In this document: positions 8,702 to 18,646 of the stretch, in pieces
How the letters are laid out: every line of letters begins with the position of its first letter
Position numbering within the stretch: position 1 is the stretch's first letter
Notes under the pieces: model-generated
The model's database searches: none
What the model saw: the letters and a program-made list of their open reading frames with translations, nothing else
Told to the model about the DNA's origin: nothing
Translations under genes and position numbers: made by a program
Assembly: GCA_963668675.2 (NCBI GenBank)
Contig: CAXXMB010000001.1
Span: 1,120,001-1,184,000, forward strand
DNA: 64,000 bases
Source: an uncultured Desulfatitalea sp.
GTDB taxonomy: Bacteria > Desulfobacterota > Desulfobacteria > Desulfobacterales > Desulfosarcinaceae
Direction: 5' to 3'

Positions 8702-10405
8702 ATGAAAACTGCCATGGCTGAACAATCAATAAAAGGGCTGGAGGCGTATCTCATCCCTTTCCCGGCGGAATCATTTTCCAAGCCGGTCCCTATCAAGCTG
8801 GGAAAGACCACTATTGGGCGGGAGCCGAGCAACACGATCCAGATTGCCCATGAGTCGATTTCAGAAAAACACTCATTGATTTCGTTCCGCGATGGACAGT
8901 ATCTGCTGACGGATCTCAATACCAACGGTGGTACCCTGATCAACGGCAAAAGGATCGAAACGGCCCACCTTCAACACCACGACAAAATCTCTTTTGGCAG
9001 CCGAACATTTCTCTTTCTTACAAAATCCCAGCCGCTTTACAGCAGCGCCTATCAATCTCGATTGTCGTCCAAAAATACGACCGTCACCATTAGCGAAGAC
9101 GATGTAGACCCTTCGGAACTGTTGGCCCAAAGAGCCCAGGATGCAGCCCTGGCCATTTTTTCGCAAGGCGAGAGTGAAGCCGAACGGGCATCGGATGAAC
9201 GCCTGTCTGCCCACCAGCGGCTTGCACTATTGTATCAACTCAGTGAAAAACTGCGCTCGACCAACGAGTTGGACGAGATCCTGGACAAGGGCCTTGAGTT
9301 GATTCTAAAAGCGATCGGCGCAGCCGAACGGGCGATGGTACTGCTGGGCTCCAACCCCAGAGAGGAGCTACAGGTCAGTGCAGTGAAGTATCGAAGTCCT
9401 GAGGATGCCGATGCTTTTCCCATCAGCAGGACCATTTCAGACTGGGTCCTGTCCGAAAAAATGGTCCTGGTCAGCCAGGATCTCTCGGAGGACTGCCGAT
9501 TTCAGGACTCCGAATCGATACGGATCCACAACCTGAACTCTATCCTTGTGGTGCCGCTCATCAAAGAGGACAATGTGATCGGCATGCTCTATATCGATGG
9601 ACGCAACATCCTGGAAGCGTTCGACCAGCAGGATGTCGCCTTTGCAGCCGCGGTGGCAAACGAGCTGGCGCTGTGCATTGAAAATGTGAGACTGCAGTAT
9701 GAATTGATTCAGAACGAACGTATGGCGGCAATCGGATTGACGATGTCCAACCTTGCCCACAATATCAAAAACCTGCTCGCCTTGAACCAGAACGCAGTGG
9801 ATCTGCTCAAGCTCCAGCTTAAGGGGCTCAAGAATGAAAAGATCGATAAGAGCTGGGGATATATCCAGCAGAGTTTCACCAGGATTCACAACCTTACCGT
9901 GAATATGCTGGCATTTGCCAAAGATCAGGATATCGTCCTGCGCCCGTCATCCGTCAACAGCATCATCCTGGCCAACCGTGATGCCATCGAGCACAGTCTG
10001 CGTAGCAAAGGCATCCAACTGGAGTTGGATCTTGATCCGGATATCCCCAAATGGATGATGGACGCCAACCAATTCCAGCGGGTCCTGCTCAACCTGGTGG
10101 TCAACGCCATCGATGCGGTGAAGGGTGTGTCGGAAGGCACGATTACCATTTCCACCACAGTGGATAAGGAGAGGGGCCTGACAGTGAGCATCGCAGACAA
10201 TGGATGTGGCATCACAGAGGATCGTCAGGACCAGATCTTTGAACTCTTCTATACCACTAAAGGATCGGGGGGAAGCGGGCTGGGACTGCCCATGGTCAAA
10301 AAATTCATCGAGAAAATGGGTGGCACCCTCACCCTGGTGTCGGAGCCCGATGCGGGCGCCACTTTCACCATGTCATTTCCACCGAACCTCTGCCGAACAG
10401 AGTGA
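8702..10405 (+). CDS. FHA-GAF sensor histidine kinase
   Basis: N-terminal FHA (IGRE...SEKH), GAF region, H-box LAHNIKN, N-box NLVVNA, DNGCG, GSGLGL. Confidence 0.9.
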   Translation: MKTAMAEQSIKGLEAYLIPFPAESFSKPVPIKLGKTTIGREPSNTIQIAHESISEKHSLISFRDGQYLLTDLNTNGGTLINGKRIETAHLQHHDKISFGSRTFLFLTKSQPLYSSAYQSRLSSKNTTVTISEDDVDPSELLAQRAQDAALAIFSQGESEAERASDERLSAHQRLALLYQLSEKLRSTNELDEILDKGLELILKAIGAAERAMVLLGSNPREELQVSAVKYRSPEDADAFPISRTISDWVLSEKMVLVSQDLSEDCRFQDSESIRIHNLNSILVVPLIKEDNVIGMLYIDGRNILEAFDQQDVAFAAAVANELALCIENVRLQYELIQNERMAAIGLTMSNLAHNIKNLLALNQNAVDLLKLQLKGLKNEKIDKSWGYIQQSFTRIHNLTVNMLAFAKDQDIVLRPSSVNSIILANRDAIEHSLRSKGIQLELDLDPDIPKWMMDANQFQRVLLNLVVNAIDAVKGVSEGTITISTTVDKERGLTVSIADNGCGITEDRQDQIFELFYTTKGSGGSGLGLPMVKKFIEKMGGTLTLVSEPDAGATFTMSFPPNLCRTE

Positions 10406-10437
10406 CGTCCACTTCCATAACCCACCGGGATAGAACG

Positions 10438-11919
10438 CTATTTTGCTATCAGTAGATGCGCCTTTTCGATACGCTCAACGACACGCGCTTTCCCCAGACA
10501 GAGCAAGACATCGATGAATTCTGGCCCCACCGCCTGACCGGTTATGGCGGTGCGAACCGCATTGATCAGCTTTCCGGGTTTGAGCTGCTGCTTCGCCAAA
10601 AAATCCCGGAGCATGCGTTCGACACCCTGCGCATCATATGGATCCAGTTCGGTTAACTCTTCAATGAGAAGCGGCATCCAATCGCCAACCGCCGCATCTC
10701 CCTTAAGATGCTTGGCCACGGCCTTGGGATCCATTTCATATTGATCTGAGAAGTAAGGTCGGCCATATGTCACAACGTCGGTCAACAGGTGAAACCGTCC
10801 ACGAATCAGATCGATGGTGTCCAAAAACCATTCACGCCGCTCCGATTCGAAGTCCGTATTCCAGAGATGCGCTCTCAGGAGCTTCTCTTTTACAAAAGGC
10901 AGCAACGCATCGAGAGGCATGGTCCGCAGATAGTGTGAATTGATATTGATCAGTTTGGGATCGGTAAAAAATTTGGGATCATTTGGCTGAATATTGAATA
11001 CCGAATTGGTACGACCGATACCCTCCAGTGAGAATGCATCGATCAGCTCGCTCTCGTTGAACAACTCCTTCGAATCGGGAGTGGCCCATCCGAGCAACAC
11101 CAGGAAGTTGACCATGGCCCAGGGCAAAAACCCATTTTCCCTGTAATATTCTATGGAGACATGGCTGCCGTGCTTGCGTTTCGAAATTTTGGCTTTCTGC
11201 GGATCCAGGGTCAACGACATATGGGCGAATTCGGGTATGGGGGCACCCAACCCTTTGTAGATCAAAATTTGCTTCGGCGTATTGGCCAACCCGTCCTGCC
11301 CTCGGATGACGTGGGTGATGCCATCACGGATATCGTCCACACTGTTGGCCAGCACATAGAGGGGCTGTCCATTGGTGCGCACCAGTACAAAATCTTCTAT
11401 ATCACTGTATCTTTTATCAATACGCCCATAGACCCTGTCGGAAAAGGAGACTGCCCCATCCTCCGAAGGCACTTTATAGCGGATTACAAAAGGAATCCCT
11501 GCGGTCTCCTTGGCCTTGATCTCTTCAGCGGATAGCCTTCGGCATGTGCCGTCGTATTGGTAGGTCCGCTTCTCCTTTTGGGCGCTGGCCCGCTTTTCGT
11601 CCAACTCCTCCTTACTGCAAAAACATTTGTACGCATGTCCGCTTTCGACAAGCTCGCGGACGGCAGCCAGATGGTCGTCGGTATGACGACTCTGGAAATC
11701 GGGCCCCCTATCCCACTTCAGGCCCAGCCAGAGAAGGCTCTCTAAAATCCCTTGAACAGTGGCCTCGTTCGAACGCTCCGCATCGGTATCTTCAATACGC
11801 AACATAAACGTGCCACCGTGCTTGCGGGCATATAGCCAATTGAAAATGGCTGTGCGGGCGCCACCGATATGAAGATATCCGGTGGGGCTGGGGGCAAACC
11901 TGACGACGACATTGTCCAT
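10438..11919 (-). CDS. gltX: glutamate--tRNA ligase
   Basis: RFAPSPTGYLHIGG, LRIEDTD, KISKR; start reassigned to MDNVVVRF. Confidence 0.95.
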   Translation of the reverse strand: MDNVVVRFAPSPTGYLHIGGARTAIFNWLYARKHGGTFMLRIEDTDAERSNEATVQGILESLLWLGLKWDRGPDFQSRHTDDHLAAVRELVESGHAYKCFCSKEELDEKRASAQKEKRTYQYDGTCRRLSAEEIKAKETAGIPFVIRYKVPSEDGAVSFSDRVYGRIDKRYSDIEDFVLVRTNGQPLYVLANSVDDIRDGITHVIRGQDGLANTPKQILIYKGLGAPIPEFAHMSLTLDPQKAKISKRKHGSHVSIEYYRENGFLPWAMVNFLVLLGWATPDSKELFNESELIDAFSLEGIGRTNSVFNIQPNDPKFFTDPKLININSHYLRTMPLDALLPFVKEKLLRAHLWNTDFESERREWFLDTIDLIRGRFHLLTDVVTYGRPYFSDQYEMDPKAVAKHLKGDAAVGDWMPLLIEELTELDPYDAQGVERMLRDFLAKQQLKPGKLINAVRTAITGQAVGPEFIDVLLCLGKARVVERIEKAHLLIAK

Positions 11920-12107
11920 CTTTATGCTCCTTGAACAGAATTTCAGCAAGTACCATGACTGTTGTAGCGATTCGTATCGTATGTCGGCAGCTTGCCAAGC
12001 CTTGAAAACAGCGATATGAATCAGATTCCGGTTGTGGTCGGCACTGTTTCCGGCATCTTTATGGTCAACCCTTGAAACAAGGATCTGCTACCACCATTTT
12101 GACTGAA

Positions 12108-12947
12108 ATGAAACCCACGCCATATGAACTGACCATCTCCCCACCCCATCACGCTACCGCCTGTGATGTGCTGGCCGCCCACACGAGATTGTCAAAAACC
12201 CGCATCAAACAGGCGATGAACAAGGGTGCCGTCTGGTACCAGCGCCCCAAAACCAAACTGCGCAGATTGCGAAAGGCAACCGCAACCGTTAAGCCGGGCG
12301 ACCGACTGTTACTCTATTACGATCCGGCCATTTTATCGCTGACCCCGACCGATGCCAGTTGCCAGCTTGATATGCAGCACTACAGCATTTGGCTCAAACC
12401 GGCCGGCTTGATGACCCAGGGCACCCGCTATGGAGACCACTGCGCACTCTCTCGTCAGGTTGAGCGCCATTTCCAGATGAAACGGGAGGCTCTTCTGGTT
12501 CATCGAATAGACCGGGAAGCTGCCGGACTGGTTATTATCGCCCATAGCCGCACGGCAGCGGCAAAACTGTCGGCAATGCTCAGGGAGAACCGTATTTCCA
12601 AGCGTTACGCAATCTGGGTCCTGGGGGATCTGACCGGGCATGCCACGGATGGCCGTATCGAATTCGATATAGATGACAAAAGGGCAGTTACCCACTACAA
12701 AACAGTGCGATATGACCGGGGTCGAAATCAGACCCTGGCCCATGTGCGGATCGGGACGGGGCGACTGCACCAGATTCGGCGGCACTTTGCACAGATCGGC
12801 TTCCCGGTCATGGGCGATCCGCGATATGGCTTGGGCAATAAATGTCCTGATGGGTTAAGGCTCGTCGCCTTCAGTATCGCCATGGATTGCCCATTCGGTA
12901 ATGGACGTATCGAAAAGACGATCGACATCGAGAGGTTTGAGACGTGA
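12108..12947 (+). CDS. RluA-family pseudouridine synthase
   Basis: KPAGL, HRIDREAAG, TGRLHQIR, GDPRYG. Confidence 0.9.
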   Translation: MKPTPYELTISPPHHATACDVLAAHTRLSKTRIKQAMNKGAVWYQRPKTKLRRLRKATATVKPGDRLLLYYDPAILSLTPTDASCQLDMQHYSIWLKPAGLMTQGTRYGDHCALSRQVERHFQMKREALLVHRIDREAAGLVIIAHSRTAAAKLSAMLRENRISKRYAIWVLGDLTGHATDGRIEFDIDDKRAVTHYKTVRYDRGRNQTLAHVRIGTGRLHQIRRHFAQIGFPVMGDPRYGLGNKCPDGLRLVAFSIAMDCPFGNGRIEKTIDIERFET

Positions 12948-14095
12948 GTCGTATTCCCTCCTTCGACATCGCCGTGGTGGGCGGCGGACCGGCGGGAACG
13001 ACCGCCGCATATCTGCTCGCCCGCAATGGTTTGGATGTCTGCCTGATCGAACAAAGGGTCTTTCCCCGCCCGAAACTGTGTGCCGGCCTGCTCACCTGGA
13101 AAACGGTCAAGCTGATCGAGACACTTTTCAAAACGGATGTCGGCGCACTTAAACGAGATGGGGTTATCCACCACGCCTGCCGAAAATACCGTATCCATTT
13201 CAAGTCATTGGAGATCGCCAGAGGTTCACTGGACGACCCTTTCCACTTTACCGATCGTCGCATCTACGATGCCTACTGGATGTCCAAGACCCATGCAGCC
13301 GGTGTATATGTTGATGCCCCCGCAAGGGTCATCCGGGTAGATCACGAAGCAGGAGTTGTTGACCTGTCTGATGGCCGACGGATAAAGGCACAGCTGATCA
13401 TTGGGGCTGACGGGATATGGAGCAGAGTGCGCAGGGCGCTTTTGGCAAACCAGCCGTCTCACCGCCAGTGGCGTTTCAATCTGGCCACCTGCATGGAAGC
13501 ACATCTGCCTTATGGTTCCGGTATATCGAGAACCCGGTTTGCCAATCTCTATTTTGGCCACGCACCATGGGGATACGCCTGGTCATTTCCAGGAGCCTGC
13601 TTCCAAACCGTGGGCATTTGCTCATTGACCCGCAGGCACCCCCACTCCATAAGGTCGGCCCTTGCGACGCTTGCCGAGCAGCTCCAGATCGATATGGAGC
13701 TCTTGAAGCACGCCCGAAGCTATCCCCTGCCCTATGGCAACTATATGTTGCGGCCGGCCGGCAAAAGAGCGCTTCTTACAGGGGATGCCTGCGGTCTGGC
13801 AGATCCACTCCTCGGCGAGGGGATCTACTATGCCCATCGAAGCGCACAAATAGCGGCCCGAACCATTGTCGACTGCGCGCCCCACTGGCAGGATGCCGCC
13901 GAGCATTACACCCGACAGCTAAATGCCATGGTCATCAAAGAGTTCAATTGGATCTACTTGATTCGCAACGCCCTTTTCGTTGGGGGCGCCCGCCGTCGCT
14001 ATCGGGGATTGAAGCTACTTATGAAACTGATGCCCAAAAGGCTTGAGGCAACGATACAAGGAAGACGTCCGTTCAGCCGCATCTGGAAGCCGTAG
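12944..14095 (+). CDS. geranylgeranyl reductase family FAD oxidoreductase
   Basis: GGGPAG, FPRPKLCAG, GADG, GYAWSFP, GDACGLADPLLGEGIYYA; 4-nt overlap with the upstream gene. Confidence 0.85.
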   Translation: MSRIPSFDIAVVGGGPAGTTAAYLLARNGLDVCLIEQRVFPRPKLCAGLLTWKTVKLIETLFKTDVGALKRDGVIHHACRKYRIHFKSLEIARGSLDDPFHFTDRRIYDAYWMSKTHAAGVYVDAPARVIRVDHEAGVVDLSDGRRIKAQLIIGADGIWSRVRRALLANQPSHRQWRFNLATCMEAHLPYGSGISRTRFANLYFGHAPWGYAWSFPGACFQTVGICSLTRRHPHSIRSALATLAEQLQIDMELLKHARSYPLPYGNYMLRPAGKRALLTGDACGLADPLLGEGIYYAHRSAQIAARTIVDCAPHWQDAAEHYTRQLNAMVIKEFNWIYLIRNALFVGGARRRYRGLKLLMKLMPKRLEATIQGRRPFSRIWKP

Positions 14096-14104
14096 CGTGC
14101 CCCT

Positions 14105-14830
14105 CTACAACCGAATTCCCATTGTCCGGAATTCCGATTCAATCAGTTCGCTCCAACCGGCATTGGCTTTGGGATTGGCAGGACTTGGATGTGCAATCTG
14201 CCCCACTCGCAGATCGATACCGTTCAATGCGCGCTCGGCCTGCATGGCTGCAAATTTTCCTATCCCGATGACTATGGTGGGCTTGAGCATGCCGACCATC
14301 TCGACCAACGCCTTGTCGCACGCCTCCAGAAGTGGTTTCCTCTCCTTAATTGGCAGCTTGTCCGGTGTGCGATTGCGACCGGAGGCCTCCATGAATGCCA
14401 ACGGGCAGTAGTTGGCCACCAAGAAGCGACTGAAAAAAGTTTCAGGCGTGACGAAGCGGCTGCGTGCCCATCCCCAGAGTCGCTGACCACTTACCTCCTT
14501 TCGGTTGGAGTCGAAGCCCATGATCGGCCTCTTGGGATGCTGTTTCACCGGTGCCGCCACCCCATCTTTGATATCCAGCCACTCGGTGACCAGCCCCACA
14601 TCTCCAAAAGGAACCCCTGTCTGCACCATACCCCATGGCCCGGGATTCATCCCCAGGAGCACAATCTCCTTGGTGCCGTTTCCATATCTGCGCCAATATT
14701 CCAAGTGAGCACCCTTTGCGTAGACGAGCGGATTGTACACGAATTCGACCGGAGATTTAAAGTGCAGGACATCGAGTCGATCTATAAGACGGTCGATGAT
14801 CTTTTCGATGGGATTTTCTTGGCGGGGCAT
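14105..14830 (-). CDS. SMUG1-type (family 3) uracil-DNA glycosylase
   Basis: GMNPGPWGMVQTGVPFG, EVSGQR, NYCPL, HPSPAN. Confidence 0.92.
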   Translation of the reverse strand: MPRQENPIEKIIDRLIDRLDVLHFKSPVEFVYNPLVYAKGAHLEYWRRYGNGTKEIVLLGMNPGPWGMVQTGVPFGDVGLVTEWLDIKDGVAAPVKQHPKRPIMGFDSNRKEVSGQRLWGWARSRFVTPETFFSRFLVANYCPLAFMEASGRNRTPDKLPIKERKPLLEACDKALVEMVGMLKPTIVIGIGKFAAMQAERALNGIDLRVGQIAHPSPANPKANAGWSELIESEFRTMGIRL

Positions 14831-14961
14831 AGGCGGTCTCTCTCGTAGTAAATATAATCTTAAGTTTAATCAGTAAGTTGGACCGACATTATCAGGTTTA
14901 GATAAAAGACACAACCTGATGCCGTCACCACTCAGCCGTTATATCGTATTTGTTTTTCGGC

Positions 14962-14988
14962 TAAACATTCCACCAGAGCTGACGATAT
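14962..14988 (+). promoter_or_regulatory. sigma28-type promoter
   Basis: TAAA-N15-GACGATAT, 70 nt upstream of ORF 15059. Confidence 0.55.
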
Positions 14989-15058
14989 TCAATTAGAATG
15001 GTGTTAGATAATACTTGGTTTATTTGTTAGACGCCAAATCATCTCATAGGAAAACGAT

Positions 15059-15367
15059 ATGTTTGCCAACAGTGAAAGAAACCGTAAGCCAAAAACCGTA
15101 AGCGAGGCGGCCGAACTGCTCATATCCGATCTGCTGATCCAGCATCTCAACACGTTATCCAAGATGACCGAACAGGAATTCAACAACCTGTGCGACCATG
15201 TTACCCCCTACCTGATCGACGAATTTAAGATCTGGCAAGGCAACGACGATCTTCTGGACTCCTGCTACCATTCCGATGACACACCTGATGAGGATCCGGC
15301 CCGTATCATACTGAATCGTGTAAGAGATATGTTAAATAATTTCAATGGTTTTTTAGTTATTACTTAA
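15059..15367 (+). CDS. small helical protein homologous to the C-terminal domain of 18647..19468 (DUF6794-like)
   Basis: PKTVSEA...F.IWQGNDDLLDSC...PARIIL aligns by eye with PRTVSEA...F.LYAGNQALLDAC...ACAVIL. Confidence 0.75.
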   Translation: MFANSERNRKPKTVSEAAELLISDLLIQHLNTLSKMTEQEFNNLCDHVTPYLIDEFKIWQGNDDLLDSCYHSDDTPDEDPARIILNRVRDMLNNFNGFLVIT

Positions 15368-15422
15368 ATCTTTTTATAAACAACGGTATTGCTCCAGAAA
15401 AACCACATTCATTTTCACTGAA

Positions 15423-16250
15423 CTATCTCTGGCACACATTGCACAGATGCGTGCTGCGCTGCCCCACAATAATACGCTGCACGAGATGACCACAACGCGA
15501 ACAAGGTTGCCCGGTGCGGCGAAACACCTTCAATTGCTTTTCGTTGGCGCCGCGGGAGCTACCGAGTGAATAGAAATTTCCCTCCCCTCGCCCCAAAGTG
15601 GTCCCTCTGTTTTTCAACCCTCCTCTTAGAACACGCCGAATTGCGCGGTGCAATGCACGAATCTCTTCAGTCGACAATGTGTCTGAGCGTCGCAATGGAT
15701 GAATCCTCGCCGCCCACAACGCCTCGTCGACATAGATATTGCCCAACCCGGCGATAAAGTGCTGATCCAGAAGCAACGGCTTAATCTGACGCTTTCTTTT
15801 TAAGAGTGCAAGTACCAGTTTTTTTGAACTAAATCCACGTCCCAACGGTTCCGGTCCCAAAGCCCCCAAAAGGCGATCGGGATGATCGGTAAGATAGAAC
15901 CGGCCAAATTTACGTGTATCGTGGTAGCAAAGAACTCGGCCATCGCTCATCTCCAAAACGACCTGGAGATGGCGCATGGGCTTAACCGGGCCATTTGCAA
16001 TGATAAACCTGCCGGTCATCCGAAGGTGAACCGCCAGCACCCACCCATCGTTGAATTGGAAGACGATATACTTGCCGCGCCGGCGGACGGCCTGGATCTT
16101 TCTTCCCTCTATTTTTGCAGGAAAGTCGGCCACGGAGGGCGACGCGATGGTGGCCTCCCAGTATACCCTTGCCTTGCAGATTCGGCCTCCAACGATACAT
16201 GAAGCGTTCAGGTCGTTCACTATGGTCTGGACTTCGGGCAATTCAGGCAT
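15423..16250 (-). CDS. mutM: formamidopyrimidine-DNA glycosylase
   Basis: MPELPEV N-terminus, RRGKY, HLRMTG, GLGNIYVDE, C-terminal zinc finger CSRC...CNVCQ. Confidence 0.95.
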   Translation of the reverse strand: MPELPEVQTIVNDLNASCIVGGRICKARVYWEATIASPSVADFPAKIEGRKIQAVRRRGKYIVFQFNDGWVLAVHLRMTGRFIIANGPVKPMRHLQVVLEMSDGRVLCYHDTRKFGRFYLTDHPDRLLGALGPEPLGRGFSSKKLVLALLKRKRQIKPLLLDQHFIAGLGNIYVDEALWAARIHPLRRSDTLSTEEIRALHRAIRRVLRGGLKNRGTTLGRGEGNFYSLGSSRGANEKQLKVFRRTGQPCSRCGHLVQRIIVGQRSTHLCNVCQR

Positions 16251-16457
16251 TGCATATCTCTCCATTGCCTACAGATTTTCACTGTGGATGACGATTGAAA
16301 CCCGGCAGGCAGCGTAGGTAACATCATCGCCGGCCCATGTCGAGATGGGATTGGGGCCAGGCGTAAATGGGGCCTTCGGTTGCCATACAGATCGTCTTGT
16401 CTTGTCATAGCATGTGATTTTTGCAATGCTATAGCATTCCGTAAAAAGGGGGATCAG

Positions 16458-16679
16458 ATGCTTAGATGGTTGGATGCCACACCCTATGCCCTTCTTGTGA
16501 TAGTGGCTATAATGCTTCTGGTGGCGCCTGTAAGACCGATGCCCCATGTGGTCGAGAAGCTGCTCATGCTTAAAAATGGAAATCTTACCAAGCCGATTGA
16601 TATTTTTGATCTTTTATTCCATATATTTCCAACGGTGCTGCTTGTAATAAAGGCGGTGCGAGACACCCTCCGTCCATAG
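16458..16679 (+). CDS. small membrane protein of unknown function
   Basis: AAGGGGG RBS; two hydrophobic segments around PMPHVVEKL...PIDIFDL. Confidence 0.7.
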   Translation: MLRWLDATPYALLVIVAIMLLVAPVRPMPHVVEKLLMLKNGNLTKPIDIFDLLFHIFPTVLLVIKAVRDTLRP

Positions 16680-16730
16680 CATCTGAACGAGTGGCACAGG
16701 TACCCGATTAACAGTCGACAAGGGGGAAAA

Positions 16731-17162
16731 ATGAGTGACGCACGTTTTGAAAAAATTGGCCATACCAATCGATCACTATACGGGCCTCGCAAACTGTTGC
16801 TGTGCGGATTTCCAACAGCTGCTCAATCCAAATTCAAAACACTGCTCGGCATGTTGTCCCTGGAGAACCTCCCCCTGGTGTGGGCAAACGAAAATGATGG
16901 TGGAACAAAACTATGCGTGTTGATGGAGAGACCGGACGGAAGCGGTGAAGGAAGCGCCTCAGGTCTGCCGCGGGCCATCATCGTGGCGGGTATCGAAGAG
17001 AGCGAACTGCATCGCCTCATGTCGGGATGCCGCAAGGCCGGCATGCAAAAGTCGTTTTGGGCCACCTTAACCCCTACGTCGGAAACCTGGACACTTGATT
17101 CACTGCTCGAAGAGCTGGCCGCCGAAAACAGGGCCATGTCGCAGCAGAAACGGAAGAGATAG
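16731..17162 (+). CDS. DUF3783-like protein
   Basis: C-terminal WATLTPTSETWTLDSLLEELAAEN motif. Confidence 0.7.
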   Translation: MSDARFEKIGHTNRSLYGPRKLLLCGFPTAAQSKFKTLLGMLSLENLPLVWANENDGGTKLCVLMERPDGSGEGSASGLPRAIIVAGIEESELHRLMSGCRKAGMQKSFWATLTPTSETWTLDSLLEELAAENRAMSQQKRKR

Positions 17163-17247
17163 ACGCCGGCATACGGCAGCCATGGATTGCAGAGAGCAAC
17201 GAAATTCCATCTAAGGATCTGAATCCATGAGAATGAGACAGTCGCCC

Positions 17248-18570
17248 CTAACGCAACAGATTGAACATCAATCCGCTGACCACCTTGGGATAGAAGTAGG
17301 TCGATTTTCGTGGCATGATCAAACCGTTCTCGGCGACCCGCTGCACCTGTTCAATCCTGGTGGGATTCAAGATAAAGGCCAAGTCGGCCTCTCCCGCCCT
17401 GACGGCATCCACCGCACCTGAGGCGGTTGTCCGATAGGTGATCTTGGTCTCATCATCCAGCCTGGCCTGGTCAAAGCCCATTATCTCCATCATGATCAAT
17501 TGGGTCAGCACGGTGACATCCAGATCCCTCAGAGCAGGCGCTATTTTATCTCCAAAGAGGCGGGCCATCACCCCCTCCTTGAGCACCATCACCTGGAGTT
17601 TCGATTTCGCGCTTGAGAAGAAGCCGATGGCCTTGCGGTGAGCGTTCGCCGCTAAGGCGCGGTTGAATTCCGATAACCCCCCTTTCAACTCACCCTCCAC
17701 ATCAAACGGCAGAATATCGAAACACTCCTTATCGTTTCCCATCAGCCTGGACAGCTCCTCTTCCGAAACCTGTTTAAGCAATCGGTGGGCCGGCAACACA
17801 ACCATGCCGGGGTCCTCCATGCTGCTCAAACTCATCATGATAAAGTTGGCGGGATGATCGGCACTGTAGGATGGATCGTTCTCTTTTACCCACTCAAGGT
17901 AGTTCAAGGCCGTCTCGTAGCGGTGATGCCCATCGGCGATATAGATGATCTGTTTCCGGAAATAGGAGGACACCAGAGCGATCAAATCCTTGTCGGTAAT
18001 GGGCCAGAGCCGATGACGATGCCCCTTGTCGTCCATAAGGTCCACATCCGGCCTTTGGGCGGCTGCAAAAGCGTTGAGACGTGCCAGGTCATCATCACCA
18101 TCGGAATAGAGGCTGAAGATGGGGCTGAAGTTGGCGTGGCAATATTTCATCAGTTGGAGCCTCTCCGATTTGACTTTGGAGAAGGTGCGTTCGTGAGGCA
18201 GGACAACCCCTTTTTCAAACGGCTCCAATCGCACGCAGGCAATAATGCCCGAACGCGTATAGCGCTCCCCCTCCCATATAAAGGTCACGGTTGTCAGATA
18301 TATTGCAGGAGTATCGTCCTGGATCAGCACCTTATCTTCACGCCACTTATCGAAAAACCGCCCGGCGCGAACATGTACATTCTCCTTTTCGCCGTCATCG
18401 GACCGGATCTTTCCCAAAATCAGCCGGATGACGTTGTTTGGATGGCGTTGATGAAACCCATCTTGCTCATCGAGTGAAATCACATCATAGGGAGGTGCGA
18501 CAACATCTTCCATATTCTGAATCAAATCAGGATTGTACCGAACACCTTTGAATGGGACCACTTCAGCCAT
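17248..18570 (-). CDS. DUF1015 family protein
   Basis: MAEVVPFKGVRY, APPYDVIS, PHERT, IADGHHRYETA, MPRKSTYFYPK; AAGGAG RBS before 18570. Confidence 0.88.
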   Translation of the reverse strand: MAEVVPFKGVRYNPDLIQNMEDVVAPPYDVISLDEQDGFHQRHPNNVIRLILGKIRSDDGEKENVHVRAGRFFDKWREDKVLIQDDTPAIYLTTVTFIWEGERYTRSGIIACVRLEPFEKGVVLPHERTFSKVKSERLQLMKYCHANFSPIFSLYSDGDDDLARLNAFAAAQRPDVDLMDDKGHRHRLWPITDKDLIALVSSYFRKQIIYIADGHHRYETALNYLEWVKENDPSYSADHPANFIMMSLSSMEDPGMVVLPAHRLLKQVSEEELSRLMGNDKECFDILPFDVEGELKGGLSEFNRALAANAHRKAIGFFSSAKSKLQVMVLKEGVMARLFGDKIAPALRDLDVTVLTQLIMMEIMGFDQARLDDETKITYRTTASGAVDAVRAGEADLAFILNPTRIEQVQRVAENGLIMPRKSTYFYPKVVSGLMFNLLR

Positions 18571-18646
18571 GTATCTCTCCTTGGAGCAACAAAATTTTGT
18601 GGGAAATATCAACAATCCCCAAACAAGTCAATTTAAGCGACATCTC

